Shown: piece after piece, positions 25,179-37,611 of the stretch
Position numbering within the stretch: the first letter of the stretch is position 1
Layout of the letters: the number at the start of each line of letters is the position of its first letter
Source of the DNA: Phoronis australis
Taxonomy: Eukaryota > Animalia > Phoronida
Reading direction: 5' to 3'
NCBI GenBank assembly: GCA_002633005.1
Contig: NMRA01000088.1
Location: forward strand, 982,476-1,046,475
DNA length: 64,000 nt
Notes under the pieces: model-generated
Told to the model about the DNA's origin: nothing
Database searches by the model: none
The model's input: the letters and a program-made list of their open reading frames with translations, nothing else
Program-made: the position numbers and the translations under genes

Positions 25179-28100
25179 CTGAAATGAAGTTGTACATCGC
25201 GTTATGAAATGTGGACGTCACAGTTTTTGCGCGAAAATAGAAGCACGTTTGATATGTTTCTTAATTGAAAAGGAAATCGATATAAACATGCACTCGTTGC
25301 CTTAGGTTGCGTGAGGAGAGGTCCCTTTGATCAAGATCAGCATAAAATTGGTGAGATACACTTCATGAGGTTAAAGGTGTAGACTACGGTGTTTCTGTTA
25401 AAAGAATTCAATATTAGACAAAAGCCCCTGTTTTTTAGCTGAAATGAGGAAGCGGTAACGTGTTAAGGGAAACTCGGCCTGATATATTGATGGGGAGCGC
25501 GAGTGAAGGGCAGAAATGTCTACCCTTATCGGTGACATCATGGGCTCTCACTTTGGTATTGGTTGAAGTTCAGCCAAAATTCAGACCATTTGCCCATCAT
25601 CAGAAATGTGATAAAACGGTGAGGCTTCTCTTTTCTGGGCAAACTGACCCCATCAAGCTTGTTCCGGAAATTAAGGCCGTTGTCTCAGGTTTTCGAAAAA
25701 ATCGACCCTACGTACAGTTTTTCCCGCGAAAGCTGATTTAATTTAGTGATATGAAAACTGAGTTGTTAGATGACAAGACGTTAAACAGTGCTTCAAACAA
25801 TTCCGTTTGTCACCAACTGATTAGGGAGCGAAATTCTTGCTTGGAGAGAACTGATATATCGGATACGTAGTAATCGGCGACCGACTGAAAGTAAACTTTT
25901 CTCTTGTGTGTCACCCGTTTTACTTCAAGTGAAACCAGTAGGCATGACAAGTCTATTTAGATACATCAACTTGTTTCCATGCATTCTGTGTCTACCTTCT
26001 TTTCTACTTCCAGTAAACTAGAACAAATTTTCGATGCGTTTCACTTCCTGCTCGGCAATAAGTTTAAAAGCCACATCCTGCTTATAATAAGTTTCCGACA
26101 ATGGTGGCGCCACATGCAGTAGCAGTGAGCATGATATCCAATAACAAAATACTCCAGTAAGACACCGCTAAGACGTTAGAAATCAGGTTGTGGGCTTTTT
26201 CAAAGCGGATTTGTCCATTTTAGGAAGGCGTGTTCTATAGAATTATACCCACTGGCCGAGATCATTTGATTAATTAGTGAAAGACTGGAAACATTATAAG
26301 GTTTCCTAAAGCAATTTTAGATTTACACTAAAAACCAGTGAAAAGTTAGTATGGACGTCAAACTCTGGACAGCGGAAAAGCGAGACAAGCACCCGGCTGT
26401 CTGCCTCCGGAACAAGCTCGGCATTTCTGGAAACGTTCAACTCATCTCGCACGACAGTCCAGCGTTCAATGTTGTTCCCAAATGCTTTTTCAAGAGATGA
26501 GCTTCAACACTTCGTCCCTTTTTTCACTGACACACACTGTGGAGATTTACCATCGGCGGAATTCAAGTACAATACACACAACACCGCTCACGTCAACCAT
26601 TCATATGGCACCTTGCAACGAAACGGGTGGTGAGGCGACTGCCTCGACATCAGTTAACTTTGACTTCAAGCCTTTGTTAGGCATTAGCGATTTATAAAAG
26701 AACATAGGGGTCGGGGGGAGGGGGGGGTTGGCTCTGCACATACAATAACGCTTTGCCGAATTCCCCGAGGCAACATGTTGCCCCCCCCCTTTTGGTATCC
26801 TAGATACGCCACTGAAAAGTCACAAAAACGCCCCAGATTTTGCTGTTTTAGCTCCGGTCAAAGGTGAATGATAACCAAAGAAAACATTTCTCGGCCAAAA
26901 AGCCGATTATCTCCCTTTAATTGAGTGATATTCGGTCATGCATTATTTTACAAAGGGGTTAAATGAAACTCAAGAAGAGCACCAAATTGTTCTCGTTTTA
27001 CTCAAGATTCGAAGATAGGTTTCGGTCACCGGTAAATATTGATTGCAGTGAATATGTTGAATTTGTGTTTCGGCAAACCTGAAATACGAACATGGGCGGC
27101 GCATCACTGAAATAAGTGTGGGGCGCTATAGCCCCCAGCCCCCCTGAGGTGGTGCGCCGCGCATGACGAAGCGCTTTGTTAAAAGGATACCAAGGCCTGT
27201 TTCAACCTATTAAAATATACTAAAAACGTCTTATATTATCCAATTCTTTGAAACAAAACAGTGCTTTGTAACCCACAGACAACGCTCAAAAGATGAAAAA
27301 CTCATTTCAATGTCTGCTAAACGAGCAAGCGTGACCTGCGCTTTTAACGAATTATACGGCAGCTGTGGGGAAAACCACTCACCAAGAACCTATAATCTCT
27401 GACATTGGGAGTATGAGTTTTTAGCTGATTTCTGCTTTTATCTTTCACTGAAGAATGACGCCAATAATGATGTAATAGCAGATGACAGAACGAGGATTGG
27501 CTTAAGTCAACAGTGCTTAGTATCCCTTTAACTTTCGTAATAGATTCACGCGTTTGAACGGCTGGTGTGGCTAGGAAATGTTTGCACCTGCATGTAATAC
27601 GAAAAAGGGTTCGTTGAAACAAAGTTTACGACGTTTGACATCTGACACAGCACCAGATACTACTTTGAGGTACTCAATACAAACAAAAAGAAAAAGCCGA
27701 TCTTCACATTGTGTGGGACCATATTATATATTGACAAGTTTATGAACTCAGCCAACTATCAACAAAAGTTTAGGATTTAACAGAGGGAAGGCTTATATTT
27801 TGCGAAAGCAGAGAGCCTGTGGATTGTGATGGTTGACCGAATACCAATCTGCCATTAATTGGGTCACGTGACCTTGTCTATTTATTAAAATTCACCAAGA
27901 TAGAATGAAATATTCGTACAGCGAAACAACTGTGCGAATGACAGAATGAATGTTCACAAGTGGCCCCGTGACATAGTACAGGAGAAAGAGTAGTTACATA
28001 TCATCGACCTGTTTGCGCGAATAATATGACATAATTCCGTTTGATATAAAAGTTCAAACTGAAATCTCCAAAACGCTGTTACAATTTTCTAAGTCACCCT

Positions 28101-28503
28101 TTTGTTCTCGTATTATGCATAAACATCATGCAAGTCCCAAATTTGATAGTCTCTCAAGCAGTCAATCCCAATAGCGTTTTTGAGGACAGTGCATAAATTA
28201 CATTTGACTCTACTCCGTTATCTCTGAGTTGATTTTCCGACATCAGCCAATGAAATTTGACATACATTTTTGAGAGCCCGACGCATAATAGCAACACCAG
28301 GAAAATCATTAAAACGGCCTTAGACGTTGTTGTTATTTCTACAGTCTGCTGCGCTGCAACTTCAAGAATATTGTTAAGAAGCAAATTAGTTTTGGTCGTT
28401 GTAGTTTAGAAAACTGCAGCAGTCATTGTAGGAAATACTCTCTTCTGAAGTTAGCTGAACGCAAAACATAATCTCGGAAGTGAATTAACCTTTGTCACCT
28501 CAC

Positions 28504-29325
28504 CTCACTGACGAGTGCATCTGGTGTTACGGTTTCTTTGCTGCAAGAGACGGTACTGAGCTCCGTGGCTGCAGGTTCCAGTGAAGACATGAGAACGCTG
28601 TAGATCAGCTCTACAGCAACAAAGGAAAATTCCATCGTGAACGGTTGCAAGTATTGGCGCCAAGATTCCGCAGTTTTGGCCCACGATGAATTAGTCGGAA
28701 GGCAATCGTCGCTTGAATTTGTAATGGTCTCTGGGAACTGCTTGTCGTCGTCTAAGGCGTAATAATAAGCTCTCAGCGTTTTGGCGTCAAACTGGAAACT
28801 GAATAACCACACCAGTGTATTGACGCCAATAATCAAACAAATGGGACCCTTCCTTGGTGTAGTAACAACGTGATGAAACGCATGCTGTAGGAAATGAATT
28901 TGCCCGAGTGTGAAAACTATTTTGACAACGTGAAATATCAGCAGAAAAAATAACTGAACCCTGCATGTTATTGAAGAAACAGTCAGAGAATCGTGAAAAG
29001 ACACGCCAGCATAAATTACTAGAATTGTGTCCATCACCATGGCGCCCCCTCCGAATACCCACAACCCGCCGAAAGTCTTTGCAAGTACCGCGATTCTGCC
29101 CTCGGTTTTGCTGCCTGACTGGAGTTTCTTGCGAGTGTTCTTAGCGCAAGATATTTCCATGTAGATGACAGCAGTTACTTGCAGGACAGAGACGACAATA
29201 AGTGCGCACAATGGACTGATGGCAAAGTGCGTTTCTTCCGTCATTTCCTCCGCGCCCATAAGCGCCACCACAAAACACGTTATGGCCAGCGAACACATTA
29301 CAGTAATTGGCTGATCGAGTCCCAT
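28504..29325 (-). CDS. Otopetrin-family protein, coding exon 1 (N-domain); joined protein about 532 aa
   Basis: gaacATGG start. VKIVFTLGQIHF, GVNTLVW and YLQPFTMEFS (compare YLYPFxIEYS). Phase-0 donor GAG|gtgagg matches exon 2. Confidence 0.85.
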
Positions 29326-29551
29326 GTTCAAGTCTCCTGCAACACGACTCGTATGAGAATAGCCACTAAACACTCAATTTTTTTCTGCGAAGTGCACAGC
29401 CTCGGTGCTACAGCTCTATCCGATCAAGGAGTCGGGCAGTCGATGCATACACCAACGCTGCGGCCTCAGTGTCAGCAACCACCCGCGACTGTTAACAAGT
29501 ATGCCCTCGAACAGAATCCGGAAACAAAATGAACCAGTGTTCAATGCACAG

Positions 29552-29559
29552 TATTTATA
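29552..29559 (-). promoter_or_regulatory. Candidate TATA box of the otopetrin-like gene
   Basis: TATAAATA on the minus strand about 230 bp upstream of the ATG. Confidence 0.3.
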
Positions 29560-30432
29560 GCAGTCTTCTGTTGACTCTGCAGTACTTCCTGCATGAACAC
29601 TGCTTCCTGGTTCCGAGGTTTTCCATACACAACACCAGTAGGAAGGTGTACATTCGCTAAATGATCGGCAACGGGACCAAACGAAACCACGTATTGCTTG
29701 AATATAGTTTCCACCGTATTGTGGTATTGGCGATAGGCCTACGCCCAACCCAAGTGCATAAATGCAATAGACAGCGATAAAAGGAAATAAAAAAAAACTC
29801 CGAGCATTGCAGATAGCTTAGCCCAAACAGTTTATTCAAAAAAGGAGACGGACGAAATTCGCAATTGAAAATTCAGTTTTGGGGGCCTATTTCCTCATCA
29901 GTTGTGAAGGGAAAAGGTTTTAAGGCCCAACAAAACGTTCATTGCACAAGACGTTGCATGTACTGGGCTTCTTTTCAGAAAACTTAGTAGTAGCGTAAGT
30001 CACCTGAATGCGTAAACCAACGTGACGAGAAGTGATTACGGCACAAAGCGCGACGAATTGATTGTTTTAGTTTCAGTTTCGGTCGATCTAAGATTTGCTG
30101 CGTTTTCCTCGGAAATTGCGTAAAATATAGTTTTGGCGAGCTTTCGCGCGCCATGCCTTTTTAACAGGTTTCGTGTACGACGCGAAATGATTGTTAGGGT
30201 TGCAACAATTAGACAATTCGTTATTGGTAGAGACCGTGTTATGCTCCAACGCTACATAAAATGGCCAGCCGGGTCAAACTCGTTTCTGATAGAGACCATG
30301 CACCGATAAGCAAATAAATCGAATTAGTTATATTGATAAGCCGCAATATTATCAGGAAGAATTGGAGATGTCGAAACATTTTCGAAATGTCCAAATAATA
30401 TAATTTTATGGAAACCACGAGATTGGATCTTA

Positions 30433-33400
30433 ACAAAAGACTAGAGGTAAATTTAATTAGCCAAGACTTCACCCGACAAAGTAAACCTCCGAGTCAGAAA
30501 AGATGTTGCTATCAACTCGTCAGGGAAAGTGGGGGCTCATCTGCTCGAAACTTTAACATTTTGTAAAAATCACCGAATTAAATGGACGAAACGACTAGGG
30601 CAAAGCGGAATTATTTACTTCCCGTATCCGCATCAGCTGCGTGTTTGTGTGTGTGTTTGTGTACGCTATGGACATTGGGTCAAGTTTCACTAGGCTTATG
30701 CAAATTGTTTTAGGGCAAGTCTGTATGTGGATGGGACTTAACATGCTAACTGGAATCGAAAATATTTCCTCAATACTTTTATATAGTTATATAGTAACTA
30801 TGAGACTGTTTAATTTTCAATCCAATTATCATGGGCAACGCACCATAGGGGGCTGGGAGGGCTACAGACCCCCACTTATGTCTATGTCTTACTGAATTTT
30901 GAATATCAGTAGTTATCTTGGGAAGTTTGAAAGAAAAGGTAAACTGGATCCATTACAATGGTCCGAGTAAGGCTATCTAACTTTCAGACATCCATTTGTC
31001 ACTGTCACCATTAGCTGGAAGAACTTTGGGACACGAACATATTAAAACGCCCAAGAAAAGGGAGGCATTACTTTCCAGGGCGATATCACTTCGAGAATTT
31101 GTACACATTTTGCTGAAATCATACACTAAATAGCAAATTTATGTTATGCCTTTCAAACTTTTGTTCCAATCCCAGCTTAGTCTTTTATTATTACACGGAA
31201 AAGTTTATATTAAATCTATTTTTTGAAAAAAATGAAGATAGTGCAAAAATGACAACTACTCACTCTGTGGACTTTTAATTACAAGTTTTGTAATGCGAGG
31301 ATGCAGTACCATTTTGGAACGAAAGACACTAGCCTTTCAATAGCCGAGATAAATGCACTGTTAGTTGCATACTCTGGAGATATTATTTTTATTAAATCAA
31401 TCACACCTTAACTGTAGAACAATACAATATTGTATTTCTACTCAATTCAAAGGGCGCCAGTAAACCTGTGGTTACAAAATTTAAACAAGTGTAATTGATA
31501 TTGTCAAGATATGGGAAAATAAGAAATTAGAGAATCACCTCCGGACATGGTTTTTTTGACACCCTTATAGATTCACTATGAATATAAAGATACTAACACC
31601 CGGTTTGATGACTTCAACCAATCGTCTTTCTGTCACCTGCTAATATCATTGGTGTGAACCGTCCAATTAAATGCAGGAATCAACTAAAAACTCGTACTCC
31701 CTAATATCACAGATTGGACATTAGCGTCCATGGCAGGTGGTCTTTTCCCAGAGTTGACATGCAATTCGCTAAAAGCGTAGGTCACGCTTGCCCGTTTAGC
31801 AGACTTTGAAAGGAGTTTTCAAACTTTCCTCCAAACTTCTGAGGGTTGTGAAGCCTACAGAGCTTTGTTTTGTTTCAGAGAAGTGCATGGGAAAGTTGTA
31901 TTTAGTATTTGTAAATAGGCCAAAACTGGGTTTAGTATCCTATTAAACCAAACAGAGCTGGGAAGTTTGAATGTAAGAGTGGTCGTTTTTCCTTCTCAAT
32001 TTAATTTCTGTTATTTTGTTGAAATATATCATTTAAAAAATCTAAATGGTCGAATCCAATTGTAAATGATAGACACCATAAGCTCTGCACTTGCCAACTT
32101 GTTATTCACATGCCCAGAATTTAACTGTAATCTCAATAAGCTAATGGTTACGGACAGAACATGTATTTTGAGGCTTTAAAATGTATTTTGAGGCTTTAAA
32201 ATGCATGCTTCAGAAATTAAAAATACCCTAGCAGTTTATTGTAGCATCACTCATGCGTATGTTACTCTCATTAGCAGTTTTGCTATCATTTGTTAACCAA
32301 TCGCAGGGAAAGAAGATCTGGAGGCAGGCATGATCAGTTAGTCTCACCATCTTCTTGATGAACTTTTTATTAAACACTCCTTACATTAGCAAACTCCTTG
32401 AGGGGATTCTGACACTAGCGGTGCCATTTTTTCAAGCTCTGTTCCTGTACAGTAAAATCTCACAAATGTATGATACAATATGGTGGAGGAACAAACGCTA
32501 GTAATTTTATCTTTTTTATCACAAAAAAGTACCAGAAAATAATGGCTTCATCTAAGTCTATGCCATAGTTACCACTGGACAAGGTTTTAAGAAACTGCAG
32601 CATTCCGGACAATGTTAGGAGCCACTGAAACATGAGGAACTACCAATTTCCGCAATTATATTTATCGGAAGCTGGTGAATTTGCTCAATGCCGTTGCTTT
32701 GAATTTCAGACAGTGTAACTTACAATTTCCACCATCTCAATTGTCCTTTATTCTCTCAATTATAACACCCTTACTAGAACAATATAGACACAACGTCATC
32801 TTCTTCCTGTCCCAAACTTTAAGCAGTTTCAATTACAGTTCGCACATTCCAGACAATTCTTCAATCCCACATTTCATTGCTGACAAAGCCCCCTCTAGGA
32901 CAACACTGGCANACAAAAGACTAGAAGTAAATTTAATTAGCCAAGACTTCACCCGACAAAGTAAACCTCCGAGAGTCAGAAAAGATGTTGCTATCAACTC
33001 GGCAGGGAAAGTGGGGGCTCATCTGCTCGAAACTTTAACATTTTGTAAAAATCACCGAATTAAATGGACGAAACGACTAGGGCAAAGCGGAATTAAATAT
33101 TTACTTCCCGTATCCGCATTAGCTCCGTGTTTGTGTGTGTGTGTTTGTGTACGCAATGGACATTGGGTCAAGTTGCACTTGTGCAAATTGTTTTAGGGCA
33201 AGTCTGTATGTGGATGGGACTTAACATGCAAACTGGAATCGAAAATATTTCCTCAATACTTTTATATAGTTATATAGTAAGTATGAGACTGTTTAATTTT
33301 CAATCCAATTATCATGGGCGATGCACTATAGGGGGCTGGGAGGGCTACAGACCCCCACTTATGTCTATGTCTTACTGAATTTTGAATATCAGTTGTTATC

Positions 33401-35391
33401 TTGGGAAGTTTGAAAGAAAAGGTAAACTGGACCCATTACAATGGTCCTAGTAAGGCTACCTAACTTTCAGACATCCATTTGTCACTGTCACCATTAGCTG
33501 GAAGAACTTTGGGACACGAACATATTAAAACGCTGAAGAAAAGGGAGGTATTACTTCCCAGGGCGATATCACTTCGAGAATTTGTACACATTTTGCTGAA
33601 ATCATACACTAAATAGCAAATTTATGTTATGCCTTTCAAACTTTTGTTCCAATCCCAGCTTAGTCTTTTATTATTACATGGAAAAGTTTATATTAAATCT
33701 ATTTTTTTGAAAAAATGAAGATAGTGCAAAATGACAACTACTCACTCTGTGGACTTTTAATTACAAGTTTTGTAATGCGAGGATGCAGTACCATTTTGGA
33801 ACGAAAGACAAACGTGACTTTAGTTGACACTATCCTTTCAATAGCCGAGATAAATGTACTGTTAGTTGCATACTCCGGAGATATTATTTTTACGAAATCA
33901 AGCACACCTTAACTGTAGAACAATATTGTATTTCTACTCAATTCAAAGGGCGCCAGTAAATCTGTGGTTACAAAATTTAAACAAGTGTAATTGATATTGT
34001 CAAGATATGGAAAAATAAGAAATTAAGAGAATCACCTCCCGACATGGCGTTTTTGACACCCTTATAGATTCACTATGAATATAAAGATACTAACACCCGT
34101 TTTGATGACTTCAACCAATCCTCTTTCTGTCACCTGCTAATATCATTGGTGTGAACCGTCCAATTAAATGCAGGAATCAACTAAAAACTCGTACTCCCTA
34201 ATATCACAGACTGGACATTAGCGTCCATGGCAGGTGGTCTTTTCCCAGAGTTTACATGCAATTCGTCAAAAGCGTAGGTCACGCTTGCCCCTTTAGCAGA
34301 CTTTGAAAGGAGTTTTCAAACTTTCCTCCAAACTTCTGAGGGTTGTGAAGCCTACAGAGCTTTATTTTGTTTCAGAGAAGTGCATGGGAAAGTTGTACTT
34401 AGTATTTGTAAATAGGCCAAAACTGGGTTTAGTATCCTATTAAACCAAACAGAGCTGGGAAGTTTTAATGTAAGAGTGGTCGTTTTTCCTTCTCAATTTA
34501 GTTTCTGTTATTTTGTTGAAATATATCATTTAAAAAATCTAAATGGTCAAATCAAATTGTAAATGATAGATATCATAAGCTCTGCACTTGCCAACTTGTT
34601 ATTCACATGCCCAGAATTTACCTGTAATCTCAATAAGCTAATGGTTACGGACAGAACATGTATTTTGAGGCTTTAAAATGTATTTTGAGGCTTTAAAATG
34701 CATGCTTCAGAAATTAAAAATACCCTAGCAGTTTATTGTAGCATCACTCATGCGTATGTTACTCTCATTAGCAGTTTTGCTATCATTTGTTAACCAATCG
34801 CAGGGAAAGAAGATCTGGAGGCAGGCATGATCAGTTAGTCTCACCATCTTCTTGATGAACTTTTTATTAAACACTCCTTACATTAGCAAACTCCTTGAGG
34901 GGATTCTGACACTAGCGGTGCCATTTTTTCAAGCTCTGTTCCTGTACAGTAAAATCTCACAAATGTATGATACAATATGGTGGAGGAACAAACGCTAGTA
35001 ATTTTATCTTTTTTATCACAAAAAAGTACCAGAAAATAATGGCTTCATCTAAGTCTATGCCATAGTTACCACTGGACAAGGTTTTAAGAAACTGCAGCAT
35101 TCCGGACAATGTTAGGAGCCACTGAAACATGAGAAACTACCAATTTCCGCAATTATATTTATCGGAAACTGGTAAATTTGCTCCATGCCATTGCTTTGAA
35201 TTTCAGACAGTGTCACTTACAATTTCCACCATCTCAATTGTCCTTTATTCTCTCAATTACAGTATAGACACCACGTCAATTTCTTCCTGCCACAAACTTT
35301 AAGCAGTTTCAATTACAGTTCGCACATTCCAGACAATTCTTCAATCCCACATTTCATTGCTGACAGAGCTCCCTCTAGGACAACACTGGCA
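30433..35391 (+). repeat. Near-identical tandem duplication, 2 x ~2.48 kb (30433-32911 / 32913-35391), joined by one N
   Basis: Both copies start acaaaagactaga and end ccctctaggacaacactggca, with scattered SNPs and small indels. Confidence 0.95.
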
Positions 35392-35521
35392 TTATCCATC
35401 TCATCACCGCATTCTTCTTCCTGTTACATGTAGCTACACTCACAACTCCGTGTGGTTTGCATCTGTTCTCACATTCAGATTGAATCATCAGTACTACACT
35501 CCTATGCAACCAGAGACCCCT

Positions 35522-35664
35522 CTAGGTTGAAGTTGACACTATCCGTGCTGTCATTTTGGCAACCTTTTCTGCCTTCTTTCGCTTCTTTGCCTCTTCCTGC
35601 TCCCGCTTTGCCTTTTCTTCTTGCATTTGCTTGAACTTTTCATCTCTAGGATCGATGTCATAAC
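35522..35664 (-). CDS. GADD45GIP1: GADD45GIP1/CRIF1 (mitoribosomal mL64) exon 4
   Basis: ctgcag|GYDIDPRDEKFKQMQEEKAKREQEEAKKRKKAEKVAKMTARIVSTST*, with the GYxxDPR motif. Confidence 0.9.
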
Positions 35665-36381
35665 CTGCAGACAAAGTTATAGATACAAACAACTGCTTCC
35701 TTTTGCCAGCAAAACTAACTTAAGATTTGGACAATTTTTCGCCAGAAAACAGGTTTCAACTTGTTCCTTACTGAGATTGGCAGCTACTGAGTTTCGGAAG
35801 AACTGACAGTTCTTTGCGCGAGACCGCAGCTCAAAATATATCCACATTACTCAAATTTGAGTGTTTTTGTGACAAAGTCATAATTTGTAATGTAACAGGC
35901 ACAAAAGTACATGGCACACGAGCAACCTTACGCAACAAAACTGTTGGGCCTCTTACTGATATCCAACAGTTAAATTAAAAAGAGCTATATATCCCTGGTC
36001 CATGGTAAAATAGGTAAAAAGTCCCTTCACCAGCATTCACCAAATTTTATGAATTAAAACTTTGAAAAATGCTCAAAAACCGTGTCTCGGATTTTCCATA
36101 CAGTTAGCACTGATTTTTTAATGACACTTTTGTGAAATAGGGGTACACGCAACCTTAAGCTGACAACCACATTGCTTTCCGTGCAAAAATCTCTGTAAAC
36201 AAATGCACTGGGGCCTAAGTTTGAATAGCAATGAACGCCTTCCGCCAAACACCAACTTTTGATTTAGACTGCTCACTGCTCATAAATTCGGAGTCATCTT
36301 CTCACTTATTCAGTTTAGAAAATACTTCTAAGCTTGAGAATAACCTCCCTAAAACCGCTATGAGGTGGTGGCGTATTACAG

Positions 36382-36648
36382 CTATTATAAAACTCTCTTG
36401 GTCTATTTACACCGACCTCTAGTCTATATACACAGTCACGACGTTTCAGTCGGTCTCTTCTCCAGCCATCGTCAGGTGTTCCTGCCTCGCACAAAAAATC
36501 CCACTATGAGTGTACCACGTATCCGTGCTCATTCTTCTAAGAACGCGGGAACACCTGACGATGGCCGGAGAAGAGACCAACCGAAAGGTCGTGACAGTGT
36601 ATATAGACTAGAGGTCGGTGTAAATAGACCAAGAGATTTTTATAATAG
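36382..36648. mobile_element. Foldback/MITE with ~100-bp inverted arms in GADD45GIP1 intron 3
   Basis: ctattataaaactctcttggtctatttacaccgacctctagtc...caggtgttcc mirrors ggaacacctg...gactagaggtcggtgtaaatagaccaagagatttttataatag. Confidence 0.9.
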
Positions 36649-36908
36649 TTGAGAATAACCGAAAGGTTACTATTGCTCAAGAGTCAAGGTCCACCATTTG
36701 GGTGTCACGGCAACCTAGTTTCGGCCACCGAAGCAGTATGGCCATCACCAGAATTGCAGGTGATCTATTGTAACCAATTTCGATTCACGCAAAGGATGAG
36801 AATGAGATTATGTTGCATCAGCAATGCAAATACACCGGAGAAGTGGTTCATAATGACTTTCCCCCAAAAAAATTTGCAAGTAGTGCTCCATTCCTAAGGG
36901 GGCAGTAC

Positions 36909-37051
36909 CAAAGAAGTCCCTGGCTTCCTCCATAAGTTGTTTTCTCTTGGCTTCCAGTTTCTCTCGCTCTTCTATCTTTTTCGCCATCTTTGCCTCGTGT
37001 TGGCGCAGCAGCTCAGGCATTCGCTCCATACTCTTCAGTATTTTGGCTTCT
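36909..37051 (-). CDS. GADD45GIP1: GADD45GIP1 exon 3
   Basis: ttacag|REAKILKSMERMPELL...LMEEARDFFG|gtactg; phases consistent. Confidence 0.9.
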
Positions 37052-37504
37052 CTGTAACAAGTACGGTGTTGTTAGAGGTTTGATGTTTCCATGAAATATC
37101 ATGAAGTTTAATACAAGTATACTTGATCAACTTTGCCAGTTCTGCCAAAAAAAAACATCCGATTGGTACTTGATGATGACTTCCAGATCACAAACCAATC
37201 AAATATCTTAGCATGTTGACTCAGCAGAACCAACAAAGGCAATCAACTGTAGGCTATGTGCCAAATGTGAACCTTTAAACAGAGAAATACAAAAGGTAGG
37301 ATTCTGGAATTTCTTTCAAACACCGAAGTGGCAGTGGGCTTAGGAACAGTACAGTTCACAAATATCTTGCTGAAAGGGCCTGCATGTCTGAAGGAGGGCA
37401 AGACATAGCCAGCTATCCAGCAAAGCGTAACAAACATCAATTGCCTCGAAAGCAACCCCCAATTATCCTCTAAACATCACGGGCTCGCCACCAAAAAGAC
37501 GCAC

Positions 37505-37611
37505 CTGTTTTTCTTGTACTCCACCTCTTCAGCCTTCTCAGCACGTACTTTGGCCATCATTTCTTCAAGGGACGGCTCCCACTCTTTCTCATCTTCTATT
37601 GAATCCTGAAG
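37505..37611 (-). CDS. GADD45GIP1: GADD45GIP1 exon 2
   Basis: catag|LQDSIEDEKEWEPSLEEMMAKVRAEKAEEVEYKKNR|gtgcgt, with the EWxPSL motif. Confidence 0.88.

Noticed and set aside
25990-26430. Hydrophobic coding-like stretches on minus inside the otopetrin intron
   Set aside because: They contain multiple stops, match no family I recognise, and the two otopetrin exons already join in phase without them.
29416-29748. Cys-rich 110-aa ORF upstream of the otopetrin gene
   Set aside because: No ATG start or consistent domain pattern; it overlaps the likely promoter and 5' UTR.
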